Positions 20,092 through 29,938 of a DNA stretch of 64,000 nt are shown one piece after another. The DNA comes from a virus (lineage: Duplodnaviria > Caudoviricetes). The notes under the pieces were generated by a model, which saw only the letters and a list, made by a program, of their open reading frames with translations, searched no databases and was not told the origin of the DNA. Each line of letters begins with the position of its first letter. The first letter of the stretch is position 1. Made by a program: the position numbers and the translations under genes. Where the stretch lies: the IMG/VR virus record IMGVR_UViG_3300030060_002561, positions 1 through 64,000 of that record; one strand, given 5' to 3'.

Positions 20092-20432
20092 GTATCAGCC
20101 TCCATCAAATCGGTGAATGGGTTAGGGAGAATATCCTTTAGTTGTTCTCCGATGAAGGGGCTTAACCTAAGAATCTCCGTAGTCGATAGAGATGGCTCGG
20201 TCTTGTCGATAAATTCTTCAGCCATGAATCTGTACATCTTATTCAAGTCTAGATTCATACTTTCCTCTGATAACTGCATAACAGAAGATAGGGCTTGTTC
20301 TACTTGTAGCCAAGTAGGTTCCTTTACCCAGACTTTCAGAATCTGGTCTGAATCCGGGCTTACTTTCAATTCATGGCATTCGCTTTCTGTTCTTGCGAAC
20401 AGCATATTCTTGTCATTTACTATTTCACTCAT
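20079..20432 (-). CDS. Tail assembly chaperone (gpG-like)
   Basis: 117-aa acidic ORF between the tail tube and tape measure, ending at a slippery heptamer. Confidence 0.8.
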   Translation of the reverse strand: MSEIVNDKNMLFARTESECHELKVSPDSDQILKVWVKEPTWLQVEQALSSVMQLSEESMNLDLNKMYRFMAEEFIDKTEPSLSTTEILRLSPFIGEQLKDILPNPFTDLMEADTGKV

Positions 20433-20438
20433 TTTTTA

Positions 20439-20482
20439 TTCCACCTATAACACAAACCAACAAACAAACAATGTTGGTGGAA
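20439..20482 (-). promoter_or_regulatory. Stem-loop after the tail tube gene that can pair with the chaperone Shine-Dalgarno
   Basis: Minus strand reads TTCCACCAACA...TGTTGG...AGGTGGAA. TTCCACC/GGTGGAA and CCAACA/TGTTGG are alternative pairings. Confidence 0.35.
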
Positions 20483-20497
20483 CTTGATTAATGTTGC

Positions 20498-22063
20498 TTA
20501 CTCGCTCGTAGCAACACCTCCGATTGACAATACATGCCATCTTCCTTTGTATTGGACTGTACCTAGGCTTCTAGCAGATACTGCCAACTCTACTTCAACT
20601 GCACCTTTGTCATCGGGTAGGGGAACTGTTACGTTCTGTACCAAGTAATCATTGAGTTGCAACTTGAGAAGTTCTCCAGAATCCTTGACAAAGGAAACCT
20701 CGATTACTCCACCAGAATGCTCTGTCTCTGTTCTCAACTCATCCCATACCTTGGTGTCTGTGATTAATAGTGTGAATGATGCATCATAGTTTCTCTGTCC
20801 GGGTACGTGCATTGAGGTAACTTCCCGACTGTAATTACCTATGAATCTGTGAGGGGTTATGTTATTGTTGATGGTAATGTTACCATTCTTTACTCTGGCA
20901 AAGGTCTGCCCAAATATCTTGATTGCCCCAGATGAGAACATGAAGGGTTGGTTCTCTGCATCTGTACCGAAGTTAAACAACTCGCTTGCCTGTAGTTTCC
21001 CTCTGTTTGGTATGTGACCATCGAAGGTTGCACTTGCACTTGCACCGGGAACATCGAACGCTCTCCTAGTAACGAAGTCCACGGAAGCCTTGACTTCCTG
21101 CCCTTCCTCAAAGTTGATTGCAAGGGAGTTTACTTGGTTTCCTGTGAATACTCTTGCATACATGTTTGAGTTGTTGGTGTTATCATCAACGACCTCTGTT
21201 GCAGTTCTACCTTCCTTGGCGTAGCACATCTCTATTGCGAATGATGGAAGAGCCGAACCGTTTGCCTCTGTGAATGTATATTCGTACAACTTGCTTTCTA
21301 CCCCATCAGTAATGCTTGATGCGTGAACAAGATGAAAATCTGGGTCTGTGGTATCTGTGCTTTCTCTATATGCTGGAGTTAAACTAGTGTGTATGGGTGG
21401 ATAGAAAGCCCCTCCTATTGCTCGGACAATACTCTCATCGCCGTTATTGACGTATGTTCCTTCGTCAGTTGCATGTATGTGCGTAGCAGAAGTTTCCATT
21501 GTAGCGTCTATTGCATACTTACCTAATGCGTAGTATAGCCAAGAACCATTGTTCAACGCGATGTCAAGAGAACCACCACTTACTGTCTCATTGCCTTTGA
21601 ACTGGAATCCGAAGTTGCGTGTGCTTCCAGTTGCTAGATTCAATTGCTTCATCTCGACTTCTACCGAAGGCGGATTGAATGTATTGACTAGTCCTAGCCA
21701 ATGGTCTGATAGTAGAGTTGTCTTACTACTGTCCTTTGGTCCCGGTACTGGTGCGCCAAACGCTAGAATGACCAAGTTAGCATGGTTATTTCCATCCTTT
21801 ACTAGAGTCTCATCGAATGTGATGGTCGTAGAAGAGTTATCCTTTATCACAAGATATTGGGTAGATGCCGCGGTACCATTGTGAATTTTAGCAACACATC
21901 CCTTGTATAGTCCGGGAACTAAAAGAAAATCTGCCGTTACACCGGCATCAAGTGTTGCTACTGCTCCAGAGATGTCACATTGATGTAGAAAAATGTCACA
22001 CTCCGGGGCTAATGTAGTCATTGCACCTGCGCCAATAAACACCTCATTACTCACTGAAATCAT
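20498..22063 (-). CDS. Major tail tube protein (non-contractile tail)
   Basis: 521 aa with the tube pattern GNETVSGGSLDI...PSFAIE...VFTGNQVNSLAINFEEG...ITINNN...GQRNYDASFT; position between the terminator and chaperone. Confidence 0.75.
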   Translation of the reverse strand: MISVSNEVFIGAGAMTTLAPECDIFLHQCDISGAVATLDAGVTADFLLVPGLYKGCVAKIHNGTAASTQYLVIKDNSSTTITFDETLVKDGNNHANLVILAFGAPVPGPKDSSKTTLLSDHWLGLVNTFNPPSVEVEMKQLNLATGSTRNFGFQFKGNETVSGGSLDIALNNGSWLYYALGKYAIDATMETSATHIHATDEGTYVNNGDESIVRAIGGAFYPPIHTSLTPAYRESTDTTDPDFHLVHASSITDGVESKLYEYTFTEANGSALPSFAIEMCYAKEGRTATEVVDDNTNNSNMYARVFTGNQVNSLAINFEEGQEVKASVDFVTRRAFDVPGASASATFDGHIPNRGKLQASELFNFGTDAENQPFMFSSGAIKIFGQTFARVKNGNITINNNITPHRFIGNYSREVTSMHVPGQRNYDASFTLLITDTKVWDELRTETEHSGGVIEVSFVKDSGELLKLQLNDYLVQNVTVPLPDDKGAVEVELAVSARSLGTVQYKGRWHVLSIGGVATSE

Positions 22064-22068
22064 CCCAC

Positions 22069-22647
22069 CTATACTGTCCGAGCGAACCGCTTCATCTCAA
22101 CCGCTAGTTTGTAGCCCAATAACCTTTTTCCACGGTCATTGGCTTCCGACCTGCTTTGAAGTTTGATGAGGTCTGCATTACCTTCCACGGTTCCCGAAGT
22201 CCCACCACCTACATAGACGGTTGGCCTCAATGAGTTATTTTCTAGGATATATCGTGCTATTTCGTATAATGCCTTGAGCCTATCTCTAGAGAAAACTAGG
22301 CCAGCCTCATAGTCTGAGATATCACCCCCAGTCTCAGTAATAGGATAACCATCTGCGAAATCCCTACGATGTAGGACTCTAAGATGAAGTGTGAATGTGT
22401 ATGTCTCGTTTCTCACGGCATAGTCTATCGTTGGATAATCTGTGGTGTTGGAATCTTCGTATACAATAAGTATCGCCTTCTGGTCAGCATCTACCCTTCT
22501 GCCCTCGTTTGGCTTGATAGAACGAACATCAATGAATCTAGGAGTTTCAACGTGACTAGCAGTTATCTTGCCAGCACTAACTAACGCACTAGCGGCGGCA
22601 GACCACCTATCAGATAACAAACGTAGTACCAACGTCACCTCATCCAT
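22069..22647 (-). CDS. Tail terminator/completion protein
   Basis: 192 aa immediately upstream of the tail tube; synteny. Confidence 0.5.
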   Translation of the reverse strand: MDEVTLVLRLLSDRWSAAASALVSAGKITASHVETPRFIDVRSIKPNEGRRVDADQKAILIVYEDSNTTDYPTIDYAVRNETYTFTLHLRVLHRRDFADGYPITETGGDISDYEAGLVFSRDRLKALYEIARYILENNSLRPTVYVGGGTSGTVEGNADLIKLQSRSEANDRGKRLLGYKLAVEMKRFARTV

Positions 22648-22855
22648 CTGTCAAAGCCTCCGACATTTTTCTGGCAAACGCCTCATCTGCGGCCTTTAGA
22701 GCCTGTTCATTCAATGCGCTCTCAGATAGAGAAAACTCCCCAAGTCCCAAATCAGCAAGCATGGCGTTTCGCTCTATCTCTCTCTCCGCCGCCTCTCTGC
22801 CTATCTTCAAGGCTTTGAGCAATTTTCTTCTTACTTCTTCTACCATTTGAATCAC
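22640..22855 (-). CDS. Hypothetical neck-region protein (71 aa)
   Basis: Helical ORF overlapping both neighbours. Confidence 0.55.
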   Translation of the reverse strand: MIQMVEEVRRKLLKALKIGREAAEREIERNAMLADLGLGEFSLSESALNEQALKAADEAFARKMSEALTDG

Positions 22856-23958
22856 GATATGAAATGGATGATGTTCTTCTTACCATCAATAATCTTGTTC
22901 GCCTCTTCAATTAGTATATCGTGCTTGGTCTTCAAGTCGATGTTTGAACCTGTTTCAGCAACAAGGATAGAATTGTCATCATGCCTAATTACTTCGGCGG
23001 CTACTAGTTTCGTAGCGGCTTCGTGAATAGGTGCAGGTACTCTTCCATCACCTGCGACATATGTGACTCTAATGGAGTGATTCTTGATGAATGGATACTT
23101 ACTATGAAAGAATATCTTACCTTCATGGCTTATCTGCCAGAAGTCATCTAGCCTCCCTTGTGTCTCATGGTCTGTAAATCCAGATACACTTCCGACTCCT
23201 GCACTTCCATCCTGCGTATCCACAGAAGCAATGGTGCAACTAGAGCCATCATCACCCATCAACAACGATGAGATTGTTACCTTGTCACCATCCTTGGTAG
23301 CATAGAAGAAATCAGATATATTTACTGATGTGTTTCCAACGGCAGTCACAGTCTTACGTGCAGTTTCTCCTGTAAACTTAGCCGTTTTCATTGGATATAC
23401 TTCATTGATTGCATCTACCAATTGACTGGCTGTTGTCTTCGGGCCAAAGGAGTCAAAGAAATGAGTTCCCTCTATTATCTCAAAGGTATACGTTCCTGCG
23501 GTAAGTGTAATCTTCCAAGTCTGTGAATTAGTAGTAGCAGAGGATGGCATTGTGATACTAGCAGTAGCAGAAGCCAAGTCCACCCAATCGCTTCCTTGCC
23601 ATATCTCTAACCTCACAAGTTTCTGAACCTTCGGAAATTCCAGTTGAACGAAACCAATGTAATCCCTGTACATAGTTACAGGATACATAAGATGGCGATT
23701 TGCCTCAAACGAAGAAAACTCATCTTTGTAGATTAGTGGTCTGTATGAGTGCTTGGTTGCATCATCTATCTTTTCTTCTACTCTCTTGATGAGTTTACCT
23801 ACCTCTGCTCTCGTTGGTGTAGAGAAGTCTGTAAAGGACTCTATTTGGAGTAAGTTAGAAACATCTGTATGAGTAGTGTAGAATCCATTTCCTATTGTGT
23901 AGTTTGGATTGATAGACGTAAAATCGCTTGGGGAACCTAGTTTAACCATTTTAACCAC
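22852..23958 (-). CDS. Head-tail adaptor (HK97 gp6/SPP1 gp15-like) with inserted domain
   Basis: N-terminal YTTHTDVSNLL...LIKRVEEKIDD and C-terminal IRVTYVAG..VPAPIHEAATKLVA adaptor motifs. Confidence 0.7.
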   Translation of the reverse strand: MVKMVKLGSPSDFTSINPNYTIGNGFYTTHTDVSNLLQIESFTDFSTPTRAEVGKLIKRVEEKIDDATKHSYRPLIYKDEFSSFEANRHLMYPVTMYRDYIGFVQLEFPKVQKLVRLEIWQGSDWVDLASATASITMPSSATTNSQTWKITLTAGTYTFEIIEGTHFFDSFGPKTTASQLVDAINEVYPMKTAKFTGETARKTVTAVGNTSVNISDFFYATKDGDKVTISSLLMGDDGSSCTIASVDTQDGSAGVGSVSGFTDHETQGRLDDFWQISHEGKIFFHSKYPFIKNHSIRVTYVAGDGRVPAPIHEAATKLVAAEVIRHDDNSILVAETGSNIDLKTKHDILIEEANKIIDGKKNIIHFIS

Positions 23959-26878
23959 CGCTATAGATTACTCTTCTTAAGTCTTGATAATTGTTCTTTA
24001 TCTTCATGAGCGCATTCACATCCTGTGCTTTCTCTTTATCGAATATGTTCTTCTCACCTTTACGAGAGTCATATGTCGCTCTCCATTGTTTTCTCCCGGC
24101 CTTTACTTCTGGCTTGGTACGAATAAGTTGCCTTTGGTGTATGCTATCCTTGTTCTTGTCAACGGGCTTACCTAGCCACATTAGATTCATTTGGGGTTGT
24201 ATGAATGGGTCTTCATCATCATCTATCTGAACTCCCCCTGCATTTTCTAGAAGTTTCTTGAGGTAGTCCTTATGGTCATAATAAATTTCTATAAGACCTT
24301 GGCCCTTATTTCCTATACTTGTCATAATTTCCTCATGTGCTGAGTCACCCGACATCGTGGTAAACAACTCCGATAGACTGTAACTAAGACCGACATCTCC
24401 CTTTGGCCTGTAAAAGAGACTTGTCTTTCCAGTTCCCAAACCATCTATGATAGCCTTGTCTTGTGGCTCCATCTTTGCTTTATCTACATCTGGTTTTGCC
24501 AGTTCGATGTTATCTATGTACATGATAATCTTATTGATATCTTCAACCAATTTAGTTAGGTCTGCTACTGTTTTAGTTGTATATCCCTGTGTAAAATCAT
24601 TTAAGTCAACCTTAGCAAATCTGAACTTTCTAAATGGTGGAGTCTTGTCGTCTACTTCCATTCTCTGACTTTCAACTATTGGAGTGCCTTCTCTATTTTT
24701 ACCTTCAACAAGACGGCCTTTTTCATCAATGGTATCTGCTTCGTAGAATTTACCCGGTTCTGTCGGTTTTTCCTTGACCTTACCTGTCTCCATGTCTACC
24801 TCATCAGGTGCATCTGCAACTTTCTTTTTCCAAGCATTGAACAACTCTGTGTATTGTGGGTTCTCTACTGCTTTCTTCCAATCTGGGTGGTCTTTTATTG
24901 CAGGTATTTCCTCTTCTATTTCCTCATATGCTTTGGTATCTGGATTGTATCTATTTGCTAGTCTAATTCCACCTTCTGGATTCTTCAATGCATATGCATC
25001 GTTAGTAATCAAAGCCGCATACGATACCAAATCTTGCACTAGTTCTTCTTCATCTGTATATCTGTCAAGCATCTTTGCAAGTTCAAACTTAGGCATACTT
25101 TGAATCAACTGATTGTATTTGAAAAGAATGAATGTCACTTTCAGCAACTCTGGTACATATGCCATAAACTGCGAATCTTCTTTTGTGTCCTTTCTCTGTA
25201 GTGACATTAGGAATTTATCATATCCCGCATCTCCTTGGAACGGAGCATAGTTGATTTTGAATTCAGTAGTCCCAATTGATATAGAGCCATTAGAAGGTGT
25301 TATGGTTGATAGAATCATTCTCCTTAATGCATGTACATCTCTACCGCTTTTAGGTGGCTTTGATAGTAGAGCGTTCTTAATGTCGGTTTCTGTCAACTCC
25401 GTCAATCTTGCATTGTACGCTTCTCTAGGTGTCAAGTTATCTAATTCTGTACCGTCAAATCTTTTCAAGGTATAATTTGCACTAGTAATTATCCTTTTAT
25501 TGTCTTTGTCAGTTCCTTCGATTCCTTTAGGAGTAAGATATTCTACACTGTAGTTATCTACCTTCTTCAATTCTCTCCTTTGACCTACACTCGATTTGAT
25601 GATATCCATCGCTTTCATCATCTTTTCAGCAACCTCATCCTCATCTGGACTTCCTGCCTCTAACACTTCAATCTCTTCTTGAGGTTCTTCTTCGATGTCA
25701 CCTTCACCTGTCTCAGCATCAGCACCAGTCTCAGCACCTCGCATATCCTTTATGCTTTGCTTAGTATCCGCAATCTTATCTTCTAGGTTCTGTAAATAGG
25801 TATCGACTTCCTCTGGTGTGAGAAAGTTCTCTTTCTCCAGTCTCTTGAGTTGTCTCTTGAATTTTCTATAGTCCTTCATATATCCCCTTAAACCCGAAGA
25901 ACTTTCCGCAGGTTCATCCTCAAACTTATCCATTCCCTCTAGGATTTTATCAAGCATGTTCTGCATTTCTTCTGTGTCTGCTCCTTCTGGAGCATCCTTC
26001 ATCTCAAACTGCCATTCATCCTTCGCTGGGTCATAGTACCCATGAATAGCCATGATAGCCTTGATGTAATCCTCAGTTTGAATTTTAATCGTATCTCCTT
26101 CTATTGATATGTTATCCAAGAACATCTGAAAGGTATCGCTGTTTCTACCTATGTCCACTATTGGTTCTCCCTTGTCAAACTTGGATAGTAGGGATATGGT
26201 TCTGTTTGGCTTGTCTGCCTCTTGGAAATCTGGTTTGGGTGCTTCGGGTTTTTCTTTGACCTTACCTGCTTCATACTGCTTCATATCATCTTCATATTTT
26301 TTCTGTTGCTCTGGTGTCACCGCAGTTATCTTACCACTAGGAGAAAGCCCTGTACCTGCTTCATAGCCTACTACCTTCTGAATGGTAGATTCGCTATCCA
26401 ATCTCTCTAGAGTTAGATTCTCCCCTTCCTTGCCACCTAGACGTTTTATCGTGGCTTCGGAGAGATTCAACTCCTTTGCTAGAAAATCTTCCTTTTGAAG
26501 TATCTTTATCAATAGTGAAAGATTCTCCTTTCCTAGTTTTTTCATGAATGTATCGAAGTATCTCTTCTTCTTGGTATCAGTAAAACTACCGGGCTTGTTC
26601 TTCCTAGTGGATATGTTTGCATCTGCAAAATCACTCTCATCTACATCAGCAAGTAGTGGCATCACTTTCCTTGCTTTGTTCATCTTTGCAGTTTGATTCT
26701 TACCTAGATTTTTGAAAGGATAGGCCGTTAGATACTGGAATGCTATGTTTCTCAAGAATTCTTCAAAGTCTGCTGATGCAGAAAGATTGTCAAAAACCGC
26801 ATTCTGATTTTCTAGGCGTATCAACTGGCCCGGAATAATCATTTTTTCCTTGTATCTATCTTGTTTAATCAGAACCAT
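23951..26878 (-). CDS. Large charged hypothetical protein (975 aa), possible virion-internal protein
   Basis: Long intact K/E-rich ORF with an acidic linker followed by MKAMDIIKSS. Confidence 0.6.
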   Translation of the reverse strand: MVLIKQDRYKEKMIIPGQLIRLENQNAVFDNLSASADFEEFLRNIAFQYLTAYPFKNLGKNQTAKMNKARKVMPLLADVDESDFADANISTRKNKPGSFTDTKKKRYFDTFMKKLGKENLSLLIKILQKEDFLAKELNLSEATIKRLGGKEGENLTLERLDSESTIQKVVGYEAGTGLSPSGKITAVTPEQQKKYEDDMKQYEAGKVKEKPEAPKPDFQEADKPNRTISLLSKFDKGEPIVDIGRNSDTFQMFLDNISIEGDTIKIQTEDYIKAIMAIHGYYDPAKDEWQFEMKDAPEGADTEEMQNMLDKILEGMDKFEDEPAESSSGLRGYMKDYRKFKRQLKRLEKENFLTPEEVDTYLQNLEDKIADTKQSIKDMRGAETGADAETGEGDIEEEPQEEIEVLEAGSPDEDEVAEKMMKAMDIIKSSVGQRRELKKVDNYSVEYLTPKGIEGTDKDNKRIITSANYTLKRFDGTELDNLTPREAYNARLTELTETDIKNALLSKPPKSGRDVHALRRMILSTITPSNGSISIGTTEFKINYAPFQGDAGYDKFLMSLQRKDTKEDSQFMAYVPELLKVTFILFKYNQLIQSMPKFELAKMLDRYTDEEELVQDLVSYAALITNDAYALKNPEGGIRLANRYNPDTKAYEEIEEEIPAIKDHPDWKKAVENPQYTELFNAWKKKVADAPDEVDMETGKVKEKPTEPGKFYEADTIDEKGRLVEGKNREGTPIVESQRMEVDDKTPPFRKFRFAKVDLNDFTQGYTTKTVADLTKLVEDINKIIMYIDNIELAKPDVDKAKMEPQDKAIIDGLGTGKTSLFYRPKGDVGLSYSLSELFTTMSGDSAHEEIMTSIGNKGQGLIEIYYDHKDYLKKLLENAGGVQIDDDEDPFIQPQMNLMWLGKPVDKNKDSIHQRQLIRTKPEVKAGRKQWRATYDSRKGEKNIFDKEKAQDVNALMKIKNNYQDLRRVIYSGG

Positions 26879-26887
26879 CTACCTCAC

Positions 26888-27610
26888 CTATGCAAGCCAC
26901 TTGGCCCAAGCAATGCCCTTACTGACGGCATTAGCAAGACCAAGCCCGCTTGCGGGCGGGGTGTATGTCATCTGACCGGATACAGGGTCTATCCAATATG
27001 GATTGTTCATATTGTCATATCCAGAAGGAGGTACGGGATATCCAGATTGGTTGTTGAATGCCATTTGTTGTTGCATCATCGTGTTGTTCATCTGGACAGA
27101 GGCGTTACCACCTTGTATCATTGATGGGTCTATGCCACTAGGATTGGGCTGACCGGGCATACCACCCACCATTGCTTGCTGTTGTGTGACCTGCTGTTCT
27201 TGTGGCATAGCAAATCCTTGAGCCTCAAGGTATTGCGTCTTAGCCATTCTTCTCTGCATGATGACTTCGGAGTTTATCGCAGAAGCAAGGAGAGTCTGTA
27301 TGTCTAATTCGATGTTTGCCTGTGTGATAGCATTGAGAGCATTGGTAGAATCTACAGATAGAGAAAGATTACCATTGTTGGAAGTCACGAAAGCGAGATT
27401 TGTCAATATCTCACTAACGGTCTTGTTAACCACATCACCCACTAGTTGTGCTAATGCAGATAGAAATGCCTCACCATGATACTGAAAGAAATCCTCTACG
27501 TGATTCTCCTGTAGAGTCAACAGATTGTTCATTGTCTTGAACTGAGCCTGTTGATTACTTTGCATCTGATTATACAGGGAACTATTGCTTGTTCCGAAAA
27601 GCCCCATCAC
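26888..27610 (-). CDS. Q/M-rich hypothetical protein with low-complexity tail and C-terminal amphipathic helix
   Basis: 240 aa; QQQ/MM/PP-rich C-terminal half ending GLANAVSKGIAWAKWLA. Confidence 0.65.
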   Translation of the reverse strand: MMGLFGTSNSSLYNQMQSNQQAQFKTMNNLLTLQENHVEDFFQYHGEAFLSALAQLVGDVVNKTVSEILTNLAFVTSNNGNLSLSVDSTNALNAITQANIELDIQTLLASAINSEVIMQRRMAKTQYLEAQGFAMPQEQQVTQQQAMVGGMPGQPNPSGIDPSMIQGGNASVQMNNTMMQQQMAFNNQSGYPVPPSGYDNMNNPYWIDPVSGQMTYTPPASGLGLANAVSKGIAWAKWLA

Positions 27611-28281
27611 GCATCACTCTCCTTAGTGGTGACCTTCGCACCCTCGGTCAATAACGTTTTCACTCGTTGGTTAATTGTATTTTGCTCTATTAGCAACCGA
27701 AACAATTCTTCTTCGATGTTTTCTTGTTCTGCCGTAGGTGGTTTAATTGTCCAACCGACAGAAGAAAGTGACATGATATCAGTTTCTTTCAAGGTAGTCA
27801 AAGGACCAGAGGACAATGGATTCAGAGTCTGCATGGATGGGGTCTTAGGTATGTATGCGCTGAATGACAATCCATGTTCCTCTGCTAGTACCTGTTGCTC
27901 TAGCATCTCGTATTGCCTGTGTATACCTGCATGTTTCTCGCAGTAGGTTCCTCGCATTGGGTATCCCTTGCGAACCTTGTGTAGTGGTAGAGGTGGTCGA
28001 AGATTATCACTTGCATCCCAGACTTTGTGTGTACCACACACCACACATCTATCTTTGATGTTGTACTTGAATCTGTATGGTATCTTTAGGAATGTTTTCT
28101 TCTCAGGTGTTAGTACCTTGATTATCTCTTTCAATTGTTTCTTTGGCTTGACGCTCTTGTATTCATATTGCATTATGGAACCCGCGCTTCTAGCATGTTC
28201 CATTCTATCCATGAATGCCGTATTGGTTACATTCGTTGTCGAAGAACCTATCAAACTTGGTGGTTGGAATGACATTGACAT
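27607..28281 (-). CDS. Zn-finger protein with C-terminal coiled coil
   Basis: CVVCGTH...YCEKH; C-terminal heptads EELFRLLIEQNTINQRVKTLL. Confidence 0.65.
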   Translation of the reverse strand: MSMSFQPPSLIGSSTTNVTNTAFMDRMEHARSAGSIMQYEYKSVKPKKQLKEIIKVLTPEKKTFLKIPYRFKYNIKDRCVVCGTHKVWDASDNLRPPLPLHKVRKGYPMRGTYCEKHAGIHRQYEMLEQQVLAEEHGLSFSAYIPKTPSMQTLNPLSSGPLTTLKETDIMSLSSVGWTIKPPTAEQENIEEELFRLLIEQNTINQRVKTLLTEGAKVTTKESDA

Positions 28282-28293
28282 ATGTTCACCGAA

Positions 28294-28965
28294 CTAGTAG
28301 TCCTTTATCATGGTTAGGACACCTCTGTAGACCATCTCAGAGTCTGTCTTGGCACTTACTATGTATTTGTAACAAGGAATTCCCTTGTCGTTTAATCTTT
28401 GAATGCCATCTCTGAATGCAGAGAAAATAGGATGCTGTTCTATTGGCCCATCATGTTCATACTTGTCTTTCCACAAGTCATACTTGTTAGCCCATATTCC
28501 TACTGCTACTGGATAGTCTGATTCTCTTTTCTTCTTTCTCTTACCATTGATGTTCCATTCTGTACTGCAAATTGTATCCACTAGGAAAGTCCAACACAGT
28601 TGTTGTTCGATATCATAATGCTTGTCCATGTGTCTATCATCCATCATGAAGATGATGTACTTGACTCTTCGATTCCTCATATCGTTTAACCAGTCATTCC
28701 AGTATACCGTCTGTCCACCTACATCAGCAGTCTTCACAGTATGTGCATCCCCGTCTAGTTTGACGTACTTCCTACTTGCACGTTGCAATCCTTCTGTCCT
28801 ATGTCGAATATCTGGAACATCACCTCTCGTTCTCAACTGGTGATTCATAGTGGTCTTACCTGCTCTGGTAGCACCATATATTCCGAAGTTGATTGCATGT
28901 ACACGTTGGTATAGTTTGTTAAGTCCCTCGACTATCAATATGGCAAAACCTGCCATTACTGACAA
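28294..28965 (-). CDS. Small GTPase, Arf/Sar1-like
   Basis: G1 GATRAGKTT, G2 HRTEG, G3 DVGGQ, IIFMMD strand, G4 WANKYD, G5 VSAK; hydrophobic/amphipathic N-terminal extension of about 25 aa. Confidence 0.9.
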   Translation of the reverse strand: MSVMAGFAILIVEGLNKLYQRVHAINFGIYGATRAGKTTMNHQLRTRGDVPDIRHRTEGLQRASRKYVKLDGDAHTVKTADVGGQTVYWNDWLNDMRNRRVKYIIFMMDDRHMDKHYDIEQQLCWTFLVDTICSTEWNINGKRKKKRESDYPVAVGIWANKYDLWKDKYEHDGPIEQHPIFSAFRDGIQRLNDKGIPCYKYIVSAKTDSEMVYRGVLTMIKDY

Positions 28966-28969
28966 GATA

Positions 28970-29194
28970 TCACCACAGATGGTCCCAGAAGTCTACTAGG
29001 CCATTCCAAGCCATTGATAGGGTGTTGATTCCATAAACCGCTAGGAGTTGTCCAAGTGCAAAACTACTCAGACAGAAGATTCCGCCCCATAGGTAGAACC
29101 TAGCCCTAAGAAACCAGATATCAGCAGAGTGCGCTCTTTGTAGGTCATATGCAAGGGTTGACTCATCCATTCCAAATAGGATTTCGCTTACCAT
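28970..29194 (-). CDS. Small membrane protein (74 aa)
   Basis: Hydrophobic segment FYLWGGIFCLSSFALGQLLAVYGI followed by an aromatic amphipathic tail. Confidence 0.7.
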   Translation of the reverse strand: MVSEILFGMDESTLAYDLQRAHSADIWFLRARFYLWGGIFCLSSFALGQLLAVYGINTLSMAWNGLVDFWDHLW

Positions 29195-29209
29195 ACATAT
29201 TCCTCACAT

Positions 29210-29617
29210 CTACTGGTTTTCAAGTGTTAAGAACGCAGGAGTCATTGTCTCTGGTTCTTCGGCCTTCACCGTTGGAAGAGTAGTATCCCCGTAGGGAGTG
29301 TAGTTCTGCTGGAAGCGAGCCATCGACTCTCGCACTCTTCTCTTGTTTTGCTCTTCTCTTTCCTTCCTACCCCAGTAACCATCAATGGCTCTCCTAAGTA
29401 GACCTTCCTCAATCATATCGCTAAGGAACACATCAAATGCCACTTTGACAACAAGTATCCCACCTACCGTACTAATGCCAAATAAGATGGCATGTGCTTC
29501 TGGCCCGTATGGGAAGGATATCCCGTACTGTGAGTATGCGAATACATTCACACCACACATAGAACCTACGAACAGTATCGCCATAATCATGCGGGTGTCT
29601 GTTTCTAGGCTTGGCAT
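29210..29617 (-). CDS. Two-TM membrane protein with charged C-terminal helix (holin-like topology)
   Basis: Hydrophobic segments IMAILFVGSMCGVNVFAY and AILFGISTVGGILVVKVAFDVF, then RKEREEQNKRRVRE. Confidence 0.7.
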   Translation of the reverse strand: MPSLETDTRMIMAILFVGSMCGVNVFAYSQYGISFPYGPEAHAILFGISTVGGILVVKVAFDVFLSDMIEEGLLRRAIDGYWGRKEREEQNKRRVRESMARFQQNYTPYGDTTLPTVKAEEPETMTPAFLTLENQ

Positions 29618-29626
29618 ATTTTTTCC

Positions 29627-29938
29627 TCAACTATAGTTAACGGTGACTGCAACAGTAGCACCTGACGCAGTTACATCTACTAGTATTCCATCTGATAGCA
29701 AAGCCCCATGAAAGTCATGCTCTAAGTTCGTTACTGCGTTTGGTAGGTATATTCTTGCTATCTCGTCAGCACTAACCTTCGTTGTGTCGTGACTGTCATA
29801 GATGTTAACTGTCGCAGTAGAACCACCATCAGAACTGATATGAATACTGTTTAATCTAACCTTCTGTGGAGACTTACCACCAACTACAACAACGTTGTCT
29901 GGACTAACTAACAGTTTGCTAGTTGCTACTGTGGTCAT
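29627..29938 (-). CDS. Small beta-rich virion protein (103 aa)
   Basis: Beta-strand pattern VRLNSIHI...TVNIYD...GILVDVT...VTVNYS; located downstream of the MCP. Confidence 0.55.
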   Translation of the reverse strand: MTTVATSKLLVSPDNVVVVGGKSPQKVRLNSIHISSDGGSTATVNIYDSHDTTKVSADEIARIYLPNAVTNLEHDFHGALLSDGILVDVTASGATVAVTVNYS

